A stretch of 64,000 nucleotides of DNA from the human T2T-CHM13v2.0 reference genome, Homo sapiens. Position 1 is the stretch's first letter, and each line of letters begins with the position of its first letter. This document shows, in pieces, positions 11,657 through 31,092 of this stretch. Below the pieces are notes generated by a model. That model saw only the letters and a program-made list of their open reading frames with translations. It ran no database searches and had not been told where the DNA came from. The translations under genes and the position numbers were made by a program. The stretch lies in assembly GCF_009914755.1 (NCBI RefSeq), contig NC_060925.1. One strand, written 5' to 3'.

Positions 11657-12475
11657 TTGTTAATTCACAGTTGTATGTATAATGATTGCACATAGCAATA
11701 TGTCTATGCACATAGAAAATATACATAGCAATATGTCTGTGTTACACAGATAAAAGTCTATAAGTGTTCCCCCAACCACTACCTCCTTAAAATTAGTACT
11801 TCTAGCTCAGGTGATTTTTTTTAAATGTCTTTCTGAATTATATGAATTTTTAAAGACTTTTTTTATAATCACAGATATGCACACACATACTCATAAAAAG
11901 GAAATAACTTTTATTTTGATAAAAAGACTCTGAACATTTTTTGAATATTTTTCCATATCAGATTTTGAGCTTCTTATTTATACATTTTTTGAATATTTAA
12001 AGTGCAATGTCTATATGTTTTTGTATTTTGTGGTTAACTTGTAATTCATTTACAAGATGTATCAAATAAAACAGTTTTTTGAAATGAGGGTGTTTTACTG
12101 GCTCACTGATTTTGGAAGGAAACTGGAGGAAATGAGTTGCAGATGTTTTTAATCTCACTGAGCAAGGCAAGGAGACAGAAAGTTATGACGTTAGTAGATC
12201 ATACAGGGCAAGTGATAATGTTATCTGTGTGTACTTACTTTAATATAGTTCAGAATAGTCACTGTCGTGTGTGTGTCTGTGTTTTTACAAATTGACATTC
12301 TGGAGGTAGTGATAAGCATATGAATGGCCCAATCTGGAATGATCTCCTGAAGAAGAGGTACCCTGTTCTGTGTCAACACCAAATTCTTATCAACTGGCAT
12401 AAAGGATGTAGAAGTAATAATAACACCATTGTTGTTTAACAGAGGTGATTGGCTCAAAAAATAAGCATGAAGAAG

Positions 12476-12861
12476 TGTCTTTGTCTGTTTGGGCGTCTAT
12501 AAAAAATAAGTAAATTGGGTAAGTTATACACAACAGAAATTTACTTCTCACATTCTTGAAGGCTGAGAAACACACGATCGAGGCATGGGTAGATTGGGGG
12601 TCTGATAAGGGTATGCTTCCTGGTTCATGGTTGGTGGCCCCTAGATGTGTACTCACATGGTGAAGGGCAAGGCAGGTCTCTGGAGTCTCATTTATAAGGG
12701 CACTAGTCTCACCAGTTTCATTCTCATGACCTAAGTTCATTCTCACTTCCTAAATGACCCACTGTCTAATACTATCACACTGGTGATTAGGTGTCAACAT
12801 TGGTGATTAGGTGTCAATATACTTTGGGGTGATGGGGAGGTGCAAACATTCAGACCACAGT
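12476..12861 (-). mobile_element. MLT1A-like MaLR solo LTR
   Basis: aacagaaatttacttctcaca...ggctgagaa...caaacattcagaccacag termini typical of MLT1A/MSTC. Confidence 0.7.
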
Positions 12862-13569
12862 AAGAATGAATAAAATCAGACAAGCCTCCAGGCCTATGCC
12901 ATCTGTGCAGTGTTCCAGTTGAAGAGCCCTGCTTTTCACACTCCATAGAGGATTTTGCCACTTGGTCTAACTTCAAGGCCAGTCACAGAGCCTCACCATA
13001 TTCAACTTGGAATGAACTCTGGCTTCAAAGGAGCAGCGTCCATAGGCTAAGAACACATTACATGACTATTTGCAGCTACTTGCTATTGAATTTTTGACAC
13101 AATTTAATCCAGGATTTTTTTAGTGTCATGTAACTGAAACAAAAATGGTATCAAGTATTGGGGGATGGGGATTTATGACTTCTCTGAGTTCTAACCACAA
13201 GGGGCATTTCACACTTTTAAAAATGATTCTATAACGCTTCACATTACTATTTAATTACTGATCAAAGCCAATCTACTCAGTAGTACCCAGGAACAACACA
13301 TTTTCTTTGAAATTAAACAAAAGAGAGTATATTAGAAAGATGAACTAAAGCATTCAAATGAAAATGTGGGGCTCGTCGTTAAAAAAATCATCAAGAAATT
13401 CAATATAATAATTTCAAATCAAGCATTGACTTTTCTGAGGCTATGGTACTACATGACTGCATAATTTGCTTATCCATGAAGACAGAGCTATACATAAGAT
13501 TTTTTTTTCTGAAAAACACTCTTTTCTCTCTTTTCCCTCTTTCCTTTTCTCTTTTCCTCTTTTTCCTTC

Positions 13570-14960
13570 TTTCATTTGCAATAATGCCAAAGATCTGTTG
13601 TTAGTTTTGATTTAGACTCAGAGTAATGTAAAATTAGGAGAAATCACACATTGCCCTTAATACTGTGAAGATCGAATACCTAAAATTATCTTATTTACAC
13701 TATTTTACATAGGTTAAGTTCATGCTTTCAGAGAAGTCAGTGAAGAGTTAATCTCCAAAGCCCTTGGAGTTGGAACAAAACCTTTATGATGATCCTGATG
13801 TAGCTGAAGCTTTTATGGAGATTATTTAAATACATAACTTCACTGAAACCCTGTTTTCCGAGGCTTATGTTTCCAAATCGATCACTCTCGTGTGCTTTAA
13901 CTGATAGCTCCCGGTGATTCCACTAGTTACGGTCCAGATGTTATTTCCTCCAAGAGACTTTATTTGGTTTATACAACTGAACTAGATCCCTACTTCTCTG
14001 CATCTATGGCACCCTGTTCTGATCACACTGTATGTGTGGTCTCCCTAATGAGGCTTTAGGCTTTTATCTTGTTTACTGCCCTTTTATAGTATTTAGCACA
14101 GAGCCCTGGAATTCAGCTGCTCAATAAATATTTATTAATTCTATTGTTCACCCCAGTGTTAAAATAAGATCTTATCTTAATATTCCAAAGTATTTGAGCT
14201 TACCAAGGAGAAAAGTTCAGGGAAACAGAACTTAATCTCATTCTTCATGATTCATATTCACATTTTGCAGAAATATTACAGATAAGCTGAATCAAGGTAG
14301 CCAATTAAATGTTGAGAATCAAGAGTAAAGAAGATTTCTTCATGACTCTGCCTTAACCTTCCTGCATAACCCAGACCCTCAGTGTGGTTCTGCTTGGAGA
14401 GAGTCCTACATCCAGAACCCTGGGTTCCAGACCTCATAGCAGAACCCACACAGAAGCCTGCTAAGGAAGAAGACAAAGCAACAGTACAGTGACAGCAGAT
14501 AGGACAGGCAGTCCCAGGTATAAATTTGGTTGTAGGAATTGGAAATTATTTTATAGAGAAGAGTTGGTCTCTTTCTTATAATAACCTTAGAGTTGGTGTG
14601 ATCAGGTGCATTATTATGATTCCGAACTAATGGTCTCTGTCTCAAGACCAGACTCACTATGGTTCTATGCTGCAAGATGATTCATCAGGTAGGATTTCCC
14701 TACACACTGTAGCCTTACAATAGTCACCATCACCACAGGCTGAAATATCTTGTAAATAATCTTTACTGTGTCAGATTAACCATCAGCTGCTCTCTCTGGT
14801 TTTCCACTAGACAAACAGGGGCCATGGTAAGCTGCAATCAGAAGAGTCTCTCAGTGGATAAGATTCCAAAGTCATTTCTAATGGTTGTCAAGGCATGAGC
14901 ATATCAGCTTCCTGCTTGTGGAGCCTTTGTATCAACTTCCAAGGGAAAAGTATGTAGAAT
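13570..14960 (-). pseudogene. GBP pseudogene segment: intron 3 part, exon 3 (14358-14457), short intron 2, exon 2 (14658-14831)
   Basis: Colinear similarity to GBP4 ~5915-8900 including intron sequence. Exon 2 reads MAPVCLVENQREQLMVN (frameshift) ...QPVVMVTIVRLQCVGKSYLMNHLAA*NH. Exon 3 reads GFCVGSAMRSGTQG...LSKQNHT-EGLG. Splice sites retained. Confidence 0.9.
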
Positions 14961-15351
14961 TGCACTGACAGATCATAGAGCTCTTTCTCCAGTATGCCCA
15001 TTACTGTTGGTAAAATTGATGATAATAGGATATAATTGGTGTCTAAAGTCTCATTCTTCTAAAAATAATATTCTAGCTAGTGAATTCCTCTCTATATTAA
15101 TGCCTGGTGCAGATGCTTTATGTACATTATGCATTGATCCTTAAAAGAACCATAAATTAAAGTATTTGATCTCTTCTACTAGATGAAATAAAGGCAGTAA
15201 AGATATAGGCAAAATGATTGGTTACATATTTCATAGTCAGTGGTTGAAGCAAGAATTGAACGGTGATCTATTTTTCTCACTGTATTACTTGCAAAAAACT
15301 AACCCGTCAGAATCAACTTCCTAAAATAAACTCTTTTACATATATAATAAG

Positions 15352-18143
15352 TGATATGGTTTGGATTTGTGTCCCTGTCCAAATCTAATGTCGAATTGGA
15401 GGAGGGGCCTGGTGGGAGGTGATTGGATCATGGGGGCAGATATCCTCCTTGCTATTCTCATGATAGTGATTGAGTTATCATGAGATCTGATGGTTTAAAA
15501 GTGTGTGGCAATTCCCCCTTTCCTCTCTCTCTCTCTCCTGCCACCGTGTGAAGAAGGTGCTTGCTTCCTCTTTGCCTTCTGCCATGATTTTAAGTTTCCT
15601 GAGACCTCCCATTCATGCTTCCTGTTAAGCCTGTGGAACTATGAGTCAATTAAATCTCTTTTCTTCATAAATTACCTAGTCTCAAGTAATTCTTTATAGC
15701 AGTGTGAGAATGGAAATACAGAAAATTGGTACCAAGAGTGGGGTACTGCTATACCTGAAAATGCAGAAGTGACTTTGGAACAGGGTAACACAGAGGTTGG
15801 AACAGTTTGGAGGGCTCAGAAGAAGACAGGAAGATGTGGGAAAGTTTGGATATTCCTAGAGACTTGTTGAATGGTTTTGACCAAAATGCTGATAGTGATA
15901 TAAACAATGAAGTCCAGGCTGTGTGGTCTCAGATGGAGAGGAGGAACTTATTGGGAACTAGAGTAAATGTCACTCTTGCTATGGTTTAGCAAAGGGACTG
16001 GTGCCATTTTGCCCTTGCCCTAGAACTTTGAATTTGAGAGAGATGATTTAGGGTATCTGGCAGGAGAAATTTCTAAGCAGCAAGACATTCAAGATGTAAC
16101 CTGGCTGTTTCTAAAAGTGTACTTTCATATGCATGAAGAAAGATAATCTGAAACTGGAACTTATATTTAAAAGGGAAACAGAGCATAAAAGTTTGGAGAA
16201 TTGCAGCCCAGCCATGTGGTAGAAAATAAAATCCCATTTTCTGAGGAGAAATTTAAGCCTGCTTCAGAAATTTGCATCAGTAAAGAGAAGCTGAATGTTA
16301 ATAGCTAAGACAATGGGGAAAATGTCTCCAGGGCATTTCAGGGAATTTTATGGCAGCCCCTTTCATCCCAGGCCCAGAAACCTAGGAGGGAAGAATGGTT
16401 TTGTGGGCCAGGTCCAGGGTCCAGCTGCTCTGTACAGTCTTGGGACATGGTGCCCTGTGTCTCAGCTGCTTTAGCTCCGGTCATGGTTAAGAGGGGCCAA
16501 GGTACAGCTCAGGCCACTGCTTCAGAGGGTGCAAGCCACACGCCTTGGCAGCTTCCATGTGGTGTTGGGCCTACGCATGCCCAGAAGGCAAGAGTTGAGG
16601 TTTGGGAACCTCTGCCCAGATTTCAGAAGATTAATGGAAATGCCTAGATGTCCAGGCAGAAGTCAGCTGAAGGGGCAGAGCCCTCATGGAGAACTTCTAA
16701 TAGGGCAATGCAGAGGGAAAAAGTGGGGTTGGAGCTCCCATACAGAGTCTCCACTGGGGCACTGCCTAGTGGAGCTGGGAGAAAAGGGCCACTGTTCTCC
16801 AGCCCCCAGAATGGTAGATTCACCAACAGCTTTCACTGTGCAACTTGAAAAGATGCAGGCACTCAACATCAGACTGTGAAAGCAGCCATAGAGGCTTTAC
16901 CCTGCAGAGTGATGAGGGCAGAGCTGCCCAAGGCCTTGGTAGCCCACCTCATGCATCAGCACATCCTGGATGTGAGACATGGAGTCAAAGGAGATTATTT
17001 TGGGCTTTAGGATTTAATGACTTCATGCTGTATTTCAGATTTGCATGGGGCATGTAACCCCTTTGTTTTGGTCAATTTCTCCCATTTGGAATGGGAGCAT
17101 TTACCCACTGCCTGTACCTCATTTTATCTTGGAAATAACTAACTTGTTTTTGATTTTACAGGTTTGTTGGTGGAAGGGACTTACCATGTCTCAGATGAAA
17201 CTTTGGACTGTGAACTTTTGAGTTAATACTGCAATGAGTTAAGACTGGTGAGTGTTCAATAGCAAAGACTTGGAACCAACCCAAATGTCCAACAACGATA
17301 GACTGGATTAAGAAAATGTGGCACATATACACCATGGAATATTATGCAGCCATAAAAAATGATGAGTTCATGTCCTTTGTAGGGACATGGATGAAACTGG
17401 AAACCATCATTCTCAGCAAACTATCGCAAGGACAAAAAAACAAACACCACATGTTCTCACTCATAGGTGGGAATTGAACAATGAGAACACATGGACACAG
17501 GAAGGGGAACATCACTCTCCGGGGACTGTTGTGGGGTCGGGGGAGAGGGGAGGGATAGCATTAGGAGATATACCTAATGCTAAATGACGAGTTAATGGGT
17601 GTAGCACACCAACATGGCACGTGTATATGTAACAAACCTGCACATTGTGCACATGTACCCTAAAACTTAAAGAATAATAATAATAATAATAAAAAGACTG
17701 GTGAGTGTTAAGAAGGCATAATTGTATTTTTCAATGTGAAAAGGACATGAAATTTGGGAGGGACCAGGGGCAGAATGGTATGGTTTGAATTTGTGTCCCC
17801 ACCCATCTCATGTCAAATTGGAGGAGATGCCTGGTGGGAGGTGATTGGTTCATGGGGGACAATTTCCTCCTTGCTATTCTCATGACATTGAATGAGCACT
17901 TATGAGATCTGATGGCTTAAAAGGGTGTGGCACTTCCCCTTTCTCTTTCTCTCTCTCCGCTGTCACCATGTGAAGAAGGTGCTTGCTTCCCCTTCGCCTT
18001 CTGCCATGATTGTAAGTTTCTTGAGGCCTCCTAGTCATGCTTCCTGTTAAGCCCGTAGAACTGTGAATCAATTAAACCTCTTTTCTTCATAAATTACCCA
18101 GGCTCAGGTAGCTCTTTATAGCAGTGTGGAATGGACTAATACA
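15352..18143 (+). mobile_element. Full-length MaLR element (MSTA/THE1-like): LTR 15352-15720, internal region, LTR 17776-18143
   Basis: Two homologous LTRs (tg.tatggtttg...aataca); MaLR-internal sequence; 5-bp TSD ATAAG/ACAAG. Confidence 0.9.
17257..17693 (+). mobile_element. 5'-truncated L1PA 3' end inside the MaLR internal region
   Basis: L1PA 3'UTR with (AAT)n tail; 16-bp TSD AAGACTGGTGAGTGTT (17241-17256 / 17694-17709). Confidence 0.93.
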
Positions 18144-20630
18144 ACAAGGTTCTTGATAGACAACCTACAAATGTTCTCTATTGACTAATCACATGTAAAC
18201 TTATTATAATTCATAGTATTATTTGAATGGATCTGTTATTCCTGCAGGATCGTCAAACCACTGATCTGTTTTCAGACCAACCCATCTATTTACAGATATG
18301 AATCTAATTGGAAACTTCAGTACATCTTATATATTATGACATGCATAATCTTGACATTCAGTTGTTATCCTTATTTTTTATTCATTATATATTTTATGAG
18401 CCCAATGCTATGCCCACTGTTGGCAATGTGAATTAATAAGACAGAATGACAACCTTCAAAATGCCATAGAATCTGCATCAGCTGGATTTAGTTAATCTAT
18501 GAGTAATAGAAAAACCTAAGTAAATGGTGGCTTAAAAAGCTGAAAGTTTATTGTCCTTTCTTATATAAGTACTGAGATAAAGAGTCCTTTGTTCCATTTC
18601 ACAAAGTTATTAGAATAATGGTTCTCTCTATTTCCTGCTTCAGCCATCCTTTAACGTGCCACCTCACTGTCCCAGATGGCTTCCCATCACATGGACTTTC
18701 CGTCCAGCAGAAGAATGGAGGGAAGAGGCTAGGTCCTTAAAAGGGCATCTCCTGGATACTGATCATGCACACATCACTTCAGCTCACATTCAGGTTTCTA
18801 GAATTACATCTGATGGCTGCCCTAATGCAAAGAAGTCTGAAGCATTTTCTGTCTCTAATGGGTTGCCATATATCCATGTAAAAATCAGGTTTTCTATCAC
18901 AATAGAAGAAAAAGATGGATACTGGAAGGTCAATGCCAGCTTTTGCCATGGTAGCAAATAATATCTCAAGAACTTATGGTATATTGGACAAAAAAGACAA
19001 TAAATCACTGGTTGCCTTATAAGCAGGAAAAGTGCCATGATAGATATATGCATAATATGGTGTCAAAGTAAAAAGAATGGTGAACTAATATAGATTGAAG
19101 GAAGAATGAGTCAACAGAAGTTTCTAAAGTGGCACAGAAGCAGAAGATAGAGATAAGAATAAGCAGAAGCAGGCTAAGTAAAAATGTTTCAAGGAGAGTG
19201 TTAAAAGTGAGAAAAACATAATATACAATTATTATTATTAAAGTGAAAAAGAAATATCAAGAAAGACTTCCAGTATTTCATCTTGCGTAGCTGAGTAGAT
19301 GTCAAAAAATAAAAAATACAGGCGCAAAAGTATCTCAATGTTAAGCATGTAATGAAAAAATTAGTTCCTTAAAAGAAAAAAAGATGGACCATATTGTTTA
19401 TTCTAACAAAATGTGGAGAGAAAATATAATGCCGAAAAATTATGCAGGGAGCCATTCTTTATCCAAAAGTTATGCTTGGTTACTGTTAAATATTTCATTC
19501 AGTGTTTCAAATGAGGTAAGAGGGTTGGTATGCATACTACCATTCACTTGCTCCAGGTGATACAGAGCTCTACTTAGATATTACACAGACTCACAACAAT
19601 GACACCTCCCTCTATAGTGAAAACACCTCCCTCTGGTGAAGTAGAAGAAGCTCAGATGTTCCTAGAGACCTCGGCTTTGACTTGTAGGAAGACTCTGCTC
19701 AGATCCCTTCCCATTAAGCACCAGGATGGCCTGAATGACTGTACAAAGCAACCCCACCTTAGGCAGAAGGCTGGAAGCAGTTTGAGGACACATGAAAGAT
19801 GCTTAGCATATTTTAGAGAAAATGAACAGACAAAGTGTTTTGAAGGTTATCCATCTCTTGGTATCAAGAAACACTCTACCCATTGAGATGAAAACAATAA
19901 GCCTATATGTGTCTTGGTGTCAAGAAACAGCCTACCCACTGAGATGAAAACAATCAAAGTAGAGCTTTTCCCAAATGTAGGGCTCTATGCCATTTAGACA
20001 GACCATCATACTCCCTCACTACCAGCTTTCTTCTTTGCCAGCCTAAAAACAGTATACTTTTCTTCCAGTTAGATACATTAATTCCTGAACAAAAATCTCT
20101 GTCTAGGCACTGTAAAGACAGGTTCAGCTCTGTATTGAGAGAGAGCTACGTTTTTTATCTCTCTTGCTTCTCTCACTGTCACTCCTGCACTGGTTCCTGC
20201 TCCCAACAATACATGAAATCTATTCTCATCAAGGTCACTGATCCCTCCATTGCATCTCTCAAAGACACCTTCCCTGACCATCCTATATATAAATGCAACC
20301 CCCAACACTCTATATCCCCATCTCCCACTTATTTTTCCCCACAACTCTTACCAACATCTAACACATATACTTTTACATACTAAGTGATATATGAGTATTT
20401 GATTTTTTAAAAATCAGCTGTCTAAGAAGACAGGGAGGATGGAATTCCAAATGAAGATTAAAGACTGACTTCGGACAGAAACAGTGACACTGTTCTCATG
20501 GATGCAAGCAAGTGCAGAGCATATCCCATAAAGAGGACAAATAGGCAAGAGCTGACCCAATGGGAAGAGGTGATAGGGAGGGAACACATGGATGATGTCA
20601 GGCAAGAGGAGCCCAGAGCTGTCCTGGGAT

Positions 20631-27107
<6,477 letters not shown>

Positions 27108-27439
27108 GGATGTTACAGCACAGATTCTGGAGACTGCCAGAATTCAAACCCTTGGGTTCAAATCACCTATTTCCTATAAGACCATGGAGCTGAGCTTACC
27201 TCTCTAAGCCTCAATTTTCTAATCAATGTTATTGGTAAGCAGTAATGATTGCCTGATTTATTACTATACAGGTTAATAAGAAGTGGGCTCTCAATAAGTT
27301 TTCCTTACTTTGCCAGTATTAATATACTGTTTCTAGAATGGCCAAGTTGGGTAATGAGTTAATACATTCTGTAAGGGGTACATTACCAAGAAAAATTTTT
27401 TTAGGGGAAAAAACTCTCAATTGGGCTTTTAACAGACTC

Positions 27440-28278
27440 TCTTTTTTTCTTTATTTCTTCTAAAAAAAAAAAAACAACTAGATACACGTGCAGAAAGTGC
27501 AGGTTTGCTACATAGGAATACATGTGCCATGGTGGTTGGCTGCGCCTATTGACCCATCCTCTAAGTTTCTTCCCCTCACCCCCCACTCCCCCAACAGACC
27601 CTGGGGTTTGTTGTTCTCCTCTCTGTGTCCATGTGTTCTCAATGTTCAAGTCCCATTTACGAATGAGAATATGCTGTGTTTGGTTTTCTGTTCCTGTGTT
27701 AGGTTGCTGAGGATGATGGCTTCCAGCTTCATCCATATCCCTGCAAAGGACATGATCTCATTTTATGGCTGCATAATATTCCATGGTGTATATGTATCAC
27801 ATTTTCTTTATCCAGTCTATTGATGATGGGCATTTGGTTGGTTCCATGTCTTTACTTCTTTTCTTTACTATTGTAAATACTACTGCAATAAATGTACATG
27901 TGCATGTATCTTTATAATAGAATGATTTATATTCCTTTGGGTATATACCCAGTAATGGGATTGCTGGGTCAAATGGTATTTCTGGTTTTAGATCATTGAG
28001 GAATTGCCATACTGTCTTCCTCAATGGTTGAACTAATTTACATTCCCGCCAACAGTGTAAAAGCGTTCCTATTTCTCCACAGCCTCACCAGCATCTATTA
28101 TTTCCTGACTTTTTAATCATCACCATTCTGACTGGTGTGAAATGTCTCATTGTGGCTTTGATTTGCATTTCTCTGATGATCAATGATGTTGAGATTTTTT
28201 TCATGTTTGTTAGCTGCGTAAATGTCTTCTTTTGAGAAGTATTTGTTCATATCCTTTGCCCACTTTTTGATGGGATTG
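27440..28278 (-). mobile_element. 5'-truncated L1PA 3' end
   Basis: ORF2 C-terminus (PAIPLLGIYPKEYKS) plus 3'UTR; TSD TTTTAACAGACTC (27427-27439 / 28279-28291). Confidence 0.92.
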
Positions 28279-29441
28279 TTTTAACAGACTCCTTCTTCCA
28301 ATTTCTTTTCTTTTATTGCTGTGGACAGGAGAAATTGTAGAGGTTTTTTAAACATATCTAAAAAAGCTTTAAGAGGGAGTAGACGTGCTTACAAAGTTTT
28401 TTTTTCTTTTTTCTTTTCTGCAAAGCAGGATGAAGGTATCCAAGGTAAGAAGCTTTTAACTCTAAAGGAAACAAGTAAAATTAGATAGCTCTGTTAGCTG
28501 AGGGTAGACCATCAGTGGCTTCCAAAACTTACTGTCCATGAGAATTATCTGCAGTGATGGTTACAAATGCTCCAAACCTGTAGTTTCAAAAAGTGCCACA
28601 AGTTATTCTGATGCACTTTAGTCATGGACCACACATTTATGAACAGTGCTCCATAAACAAATATGCTTATACCTTATTGTTATTTTTAACAATTTGTAAG
28701 TGTGACATTGAATTATTCCATATAATACAGCTTTGTAGTATCTACAGAATATTATTCATTGTGGATAATTAAAAAATAATTGAGCCTCTGTTTTAGTATT
28801 TAAATTTTCTTAAGGTAAGGACCATTTTGTTGTTGTTGTTGTTTCTCCAATGCGATGGCAAAAGACAGTCAGGCAATGTCTAAGGAAGAGAGATGAAGCA
28901 GGCTGGGGGTAGGGTGGAGAAAGCTATTCCACCCAGACCCTCTGTGAGGGGGCTGGATTTGGTCTCTTTGTTTGAGAAGTGACTACAGCTCTTGTTGCAC
29001 AGAGAAGGGTAGGATGCATTCTTCCATGTCCTAGGTAGGGTTCTTTGCTACAGCCCTGAGTGGATACCCAAGGAGGAGGAGGAGCAGTGCATCCTGGGGA
29101 TGTTGGGAGTGCACTGTCACCTCAAAGCCAACTCTGGACTAAATGGACATACTGGTTCTCTAGAAGCAAAGCACTCCACAAGCCATACAGCACAGGGCCA
29201 CCTGCATGGTCCTCCAGCTAACTTAGCCCACCCTCTAGTGCAGTCTGTGTTTGGGAATTCATTGTTGTTTGTTAACCCAAATGTACATGAAAGGTAAAGC
29301 TTAGGAGTGAATTTACCTGGTGTGGGCCCTGCAGCCAGGGGACAAGTTCCTAGCCGCCCTTGCTGAGCCCTTCAGCTCTCCTGTGTCTGGCTCCCTGCAA
29401 ATGAAATGTTCTTTTTAGTAGCTGAAAATCAAACCAGATAT

Positions 29442-29888
29442 TGTTACCAAAACACCAGGGGTTTGTTCTAAGCCCTGATGCTCACTGCACATAAAACCAA
29501 TCACCAAGATGATGAGGATTGCCAGGGAAGAAGGCTTTAATTGGGTGCTCCAGCTGAGGAAATGAGAGCTCAGTCTCAGATCCATCTCACTGACCAACTA
29601 AAATTAAGGGTTTACATGGCAGGGAAGAAATGTAACTATGTGTGGAGAAACAGGAACTAGGGAAGAGTAAAGAAACAATCGTAATTAATGAGGGTCATGG
29701 CATCCTATTGACTGGATATGATGATCTGGTGAGTTTCAGTTCTTTGATACTCTTTGAGAGGACTGGGGGTCCTTTCTTGAGGAAGGAACTCAGATAAAAC
29801 AAATGTAAGTTTCAAGCCCTAAGACCACAAGTGCCAACCTCTATGTTTGTAAGAAAAAACTGTCTATGAGATTATTGGGTTGGTTTCA
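29442..29888 (-). mobile_element. MER66-like (MER4-group ERV1) solo LTR inserted in the pseudogene 5'UTR/promoter
   Basis: Homologous to the LTR at 26678-27107; TG...CA termini; TSD ATAT (29438-29441 / 29889-29892). Confidence 0.8.
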
Positions 29889-29919
29889 ATATAAGCCATC
29901 CAATTAAGAATCCAATGAG

Positions 29920-29938
29920 GAAAACTGAAATTGAAAAG
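29920..29938. promoter_or_regulatory. Retained ISRE/IRF-E in pseudogene promoter (GAAAACTGAAATTGAAAAG)
   Basis: Positional homologue of the GBP4 ISRE; three GAAA cores. Confidence 0.6.
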
Positions 29939-30016
29939 ACATACATTTCTTGTGGATTTTTCTGTTCACATTTTCACTGTTTTTGCTGAGGCAGGAGGTT
30001 GTGTGGCATGAGACAG

Positions 30017-30719
30017 TGTGTCCAGAATTGGTTCCTTCCAGTGGGTTCTTGGTCTCGCTGACTTGAAGAATGAAGCCACGGACTGTTGCAGTGAGTGTTA
30101 CAGTTCCTTAAAGACGGTGTGTTCCTTCAGATGTTCAGATGTGTCCAGAGTTTATTCCTTCTGGTGGGTTCACGGTCTCGCTGACTTCAGGAGTGAAGCC
30201 ACAGATATTCGTGGTGTTACAGCTCATAAAGGTAGTGTGGACCCAAAGGGTGAGCAGCAGCAAGATTTTTTGAGAAGAGTGAAAGAACAAAACATCCACA
30301 GTGTGGAAGGGGACCCGAGCAGTTTGCCATTGCTGGCTTGGATGTGGCCAGCTTTTATTCCCTTATTTGGCCCCGCCCATGTCCTGCTGATTAGTACATT
30401 TTATAGAGCACTGATTGGTCCATTTTACAGAGTGCTGATTGGTCCATTTTTACAGAGTGCTGATGGTGCATTTATAAACCTTTAGGTAGACACAGAGCAC
30501 TGATTGGTCCATTTTTACAGAGTGCTGATGGTGCATTTATAAACCTTTAGGTAGACACAGAGTGCTGATTGGTGCATTTTTACAGAATGCTGATTGGTGC
30601 ATTTGCAAACCTTTAGCTAGACACAGGGCGCTGATTGGTGTGTTTACAATCCTTTAGCTAGACAGAAAAGTTCTCCAAGTCCCCACCTGAACCAGAAGCC
30701 CAGCTGGCTTCACCTCTCA
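30017..30719 (-). mobile_element. LTR12-family (HERV9) solo LTR
   Basis: Minus-strand start TGAGAGGTGAAGCCAGCTGGGCTTCTGG; tandem CCAATCAG repeats; end ...AATTCTGGACACA; TSD ACAG (30013-30016 / 30720-30723). Confidence 0.9.
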
Positions 30720-31092
30720 ACAGGAAGAAAGTCAGCTTCTTCCACACTGGGCTTTAGAAACCAAGATTTGCCCCTCCTTTAGCATTGGTAAAGGTTTCCT
30801 TGATGATCCCAAGAAATACAGTGCATTCCCCTTACAGTGGGAATGTAAACAAAGCAATGGTATGCTGAAAACATAAAACATCCTGGCTCAGGAGTAATTC
30901 TGTGAGGGAAGAAGCTTGTTTTTTAAATTAACATTTTTTTTAATTCCTCATTTTTTCTTTTTATCTTCTTTTTTTGAATATATATATTTAACACAATGTT
31001 ATTTTCACTAGCAATCAAAATACTCATATGTGTGTTCGCATGTACACATTCATGTATATTTTTCTATGTGCATACTTAACTTCATGGCCATA

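Larger units (their letters stand above)
29045..30950 (-). pseudogene. Degenerate copy of the GBP4-like exon 1/promoter, interrupted by two solo LTRs
   Basis: 29045-29441 aligns by eye to GBP4 ~9890-10283 (tgaaaggtaaagctta...ttacctggtgtgggc.ctgcagc). Similarity resumes at 29889 (catccaattaaga...gaaattgaaaagacat) and after 30720 (ctcaggagtaattctgtgagggaagaa vs ctcaggggtaattttgtcagggaagaa). Confidence 0.88.

Noticed and set aside
19855-19957. Short local tandem duplications (also 12781-12820, 33285-33340, 57630-57675)
   Set aside because: Two-copy slippage duplications of ordinary kind, with no sign of function.
30018-30485. 155-aa ORF with repeated LIGPF motifs
   Set aside because: Antisense reading of the LTR12 tandem CCAAT repeats.
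30380-30665. Regularly repeated units that superficially resemble a CRISPR-like array
   Set aside because: This is the standard LTR12 U3 tandem repeat, with no unique spacers and a eukaryotic context.
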